Shown here in pieces: positions 63,581-64,000 of a stretch of DNA of 64,000 nucleotides (positions within the stretch are counted from its first letter, which is position 1; the number at the start of each line of letters is the position of its first letter). The position numbers and the translations under genes are program-made. Origin of the DNA: Octopus bimaculoides. Taxonomy: Eukaryota. Location of the stretch: contig NC_068982.1 in NCBI RefSeq assembly GCF_001194135.2, positions 12,860,613-12,924,612 of the forward strand. The letters are read 5' to 3'. The notes beneath the pieces are model-generated. The model was not told the DNA's origin. It saw nothing but the letters and a program-made list of their open reading frames with translations, and ran no database searches.

Positions 63581-64000
63581 GCACATGCATGGCTGTGTGG
63601 TAAAAAGTTTGTTTCCAAATCACATAGTTCTGGGTTCAGTCCTACCACACAGCACCCTGGGCAAGTGGTGAGAAACTTTCAAGAGAGCAGAACAGCAGGT
63701 CTTCGGAAAAGAAACCCCATTCAGTCAAGTGTTTCAGCCCTTAACTTCTTATCCTCAAAAGGGGCCAGGCTTTATCCAGCTCATGACTTCTGGGTACCCT
63801 TCTGCTGACACTTTTAAACCTTGTGAGTAAAGTTTAGGCAAAGATACCTTCTCAGGTCACACTGACTCATTAGGGCTGGTTTCCCGGTTTCCTGTCGTAT
63901 ATTACACACCTACTTTTTTCTTAACATGAAACCAACGATAGCGTTAATTCACAAATAAGGAAACTATATCCACCAATGCGGTGTTGAGCTCTCATTTTCA

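Noticed and set aside
3485-63808. Supplied ORFs of 60-240 aa (poly-I, poly-S, poly-M, poly-N, YI/HT/CV repeats, X-filled)
   Set aside because: They arise from microsatellites, SINE bodies or N-gaps; none shows a protein domain beyond the transposon fragments listed.

Overview
AT-rich, repeat-dense animal genomic DNA from a gapped draft assembly (N-runs at 3866-4282, 5319-5390, 8663-8783, 33266-33544, 34834-35313, 53553-53702, 62757-63338). The repeat content resembles octopus (coleoid cephalopod) DNA; this is an inference from recalled repeat sequences, not a search. There is no long intact ORF, and almost all supplied ORFs are microsatellite, SINE or gap artefacts. The window is dominated by four retroposon families, given my own labels: A (~220 bp tRNA-head SINE), B (~400 bp tRNA/CORE-like SINE with a central TA/TG microsatellite), C (tandem ~65 bp units plus an RTE-like 3' tail ending in (GAT)n) and D (older tRNA SINE). 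It also holds TTAA-flanked piggyBac-type MITEs, decayed mariner, hAT, RTE and R4/Dong-type fragments, and three decayed ankyrin-like stretches. Short exon-like segments with good splice sites suggest a minus-strand gene (about 62.6 to 41.06 kb) and possibly a plus-strand gene with micro-exons; neither could be named. The most notable items are two minimal hammerhead-ribozyme motifs (one with a G3-C8 core swap), a pre-miRNA-like hairpin, a MITE dimer that appears to have moved as a unit, and an exon apparently truncated by a retroposon. SINE and fragment boundaries are approximate (about +/-10-30 bp).
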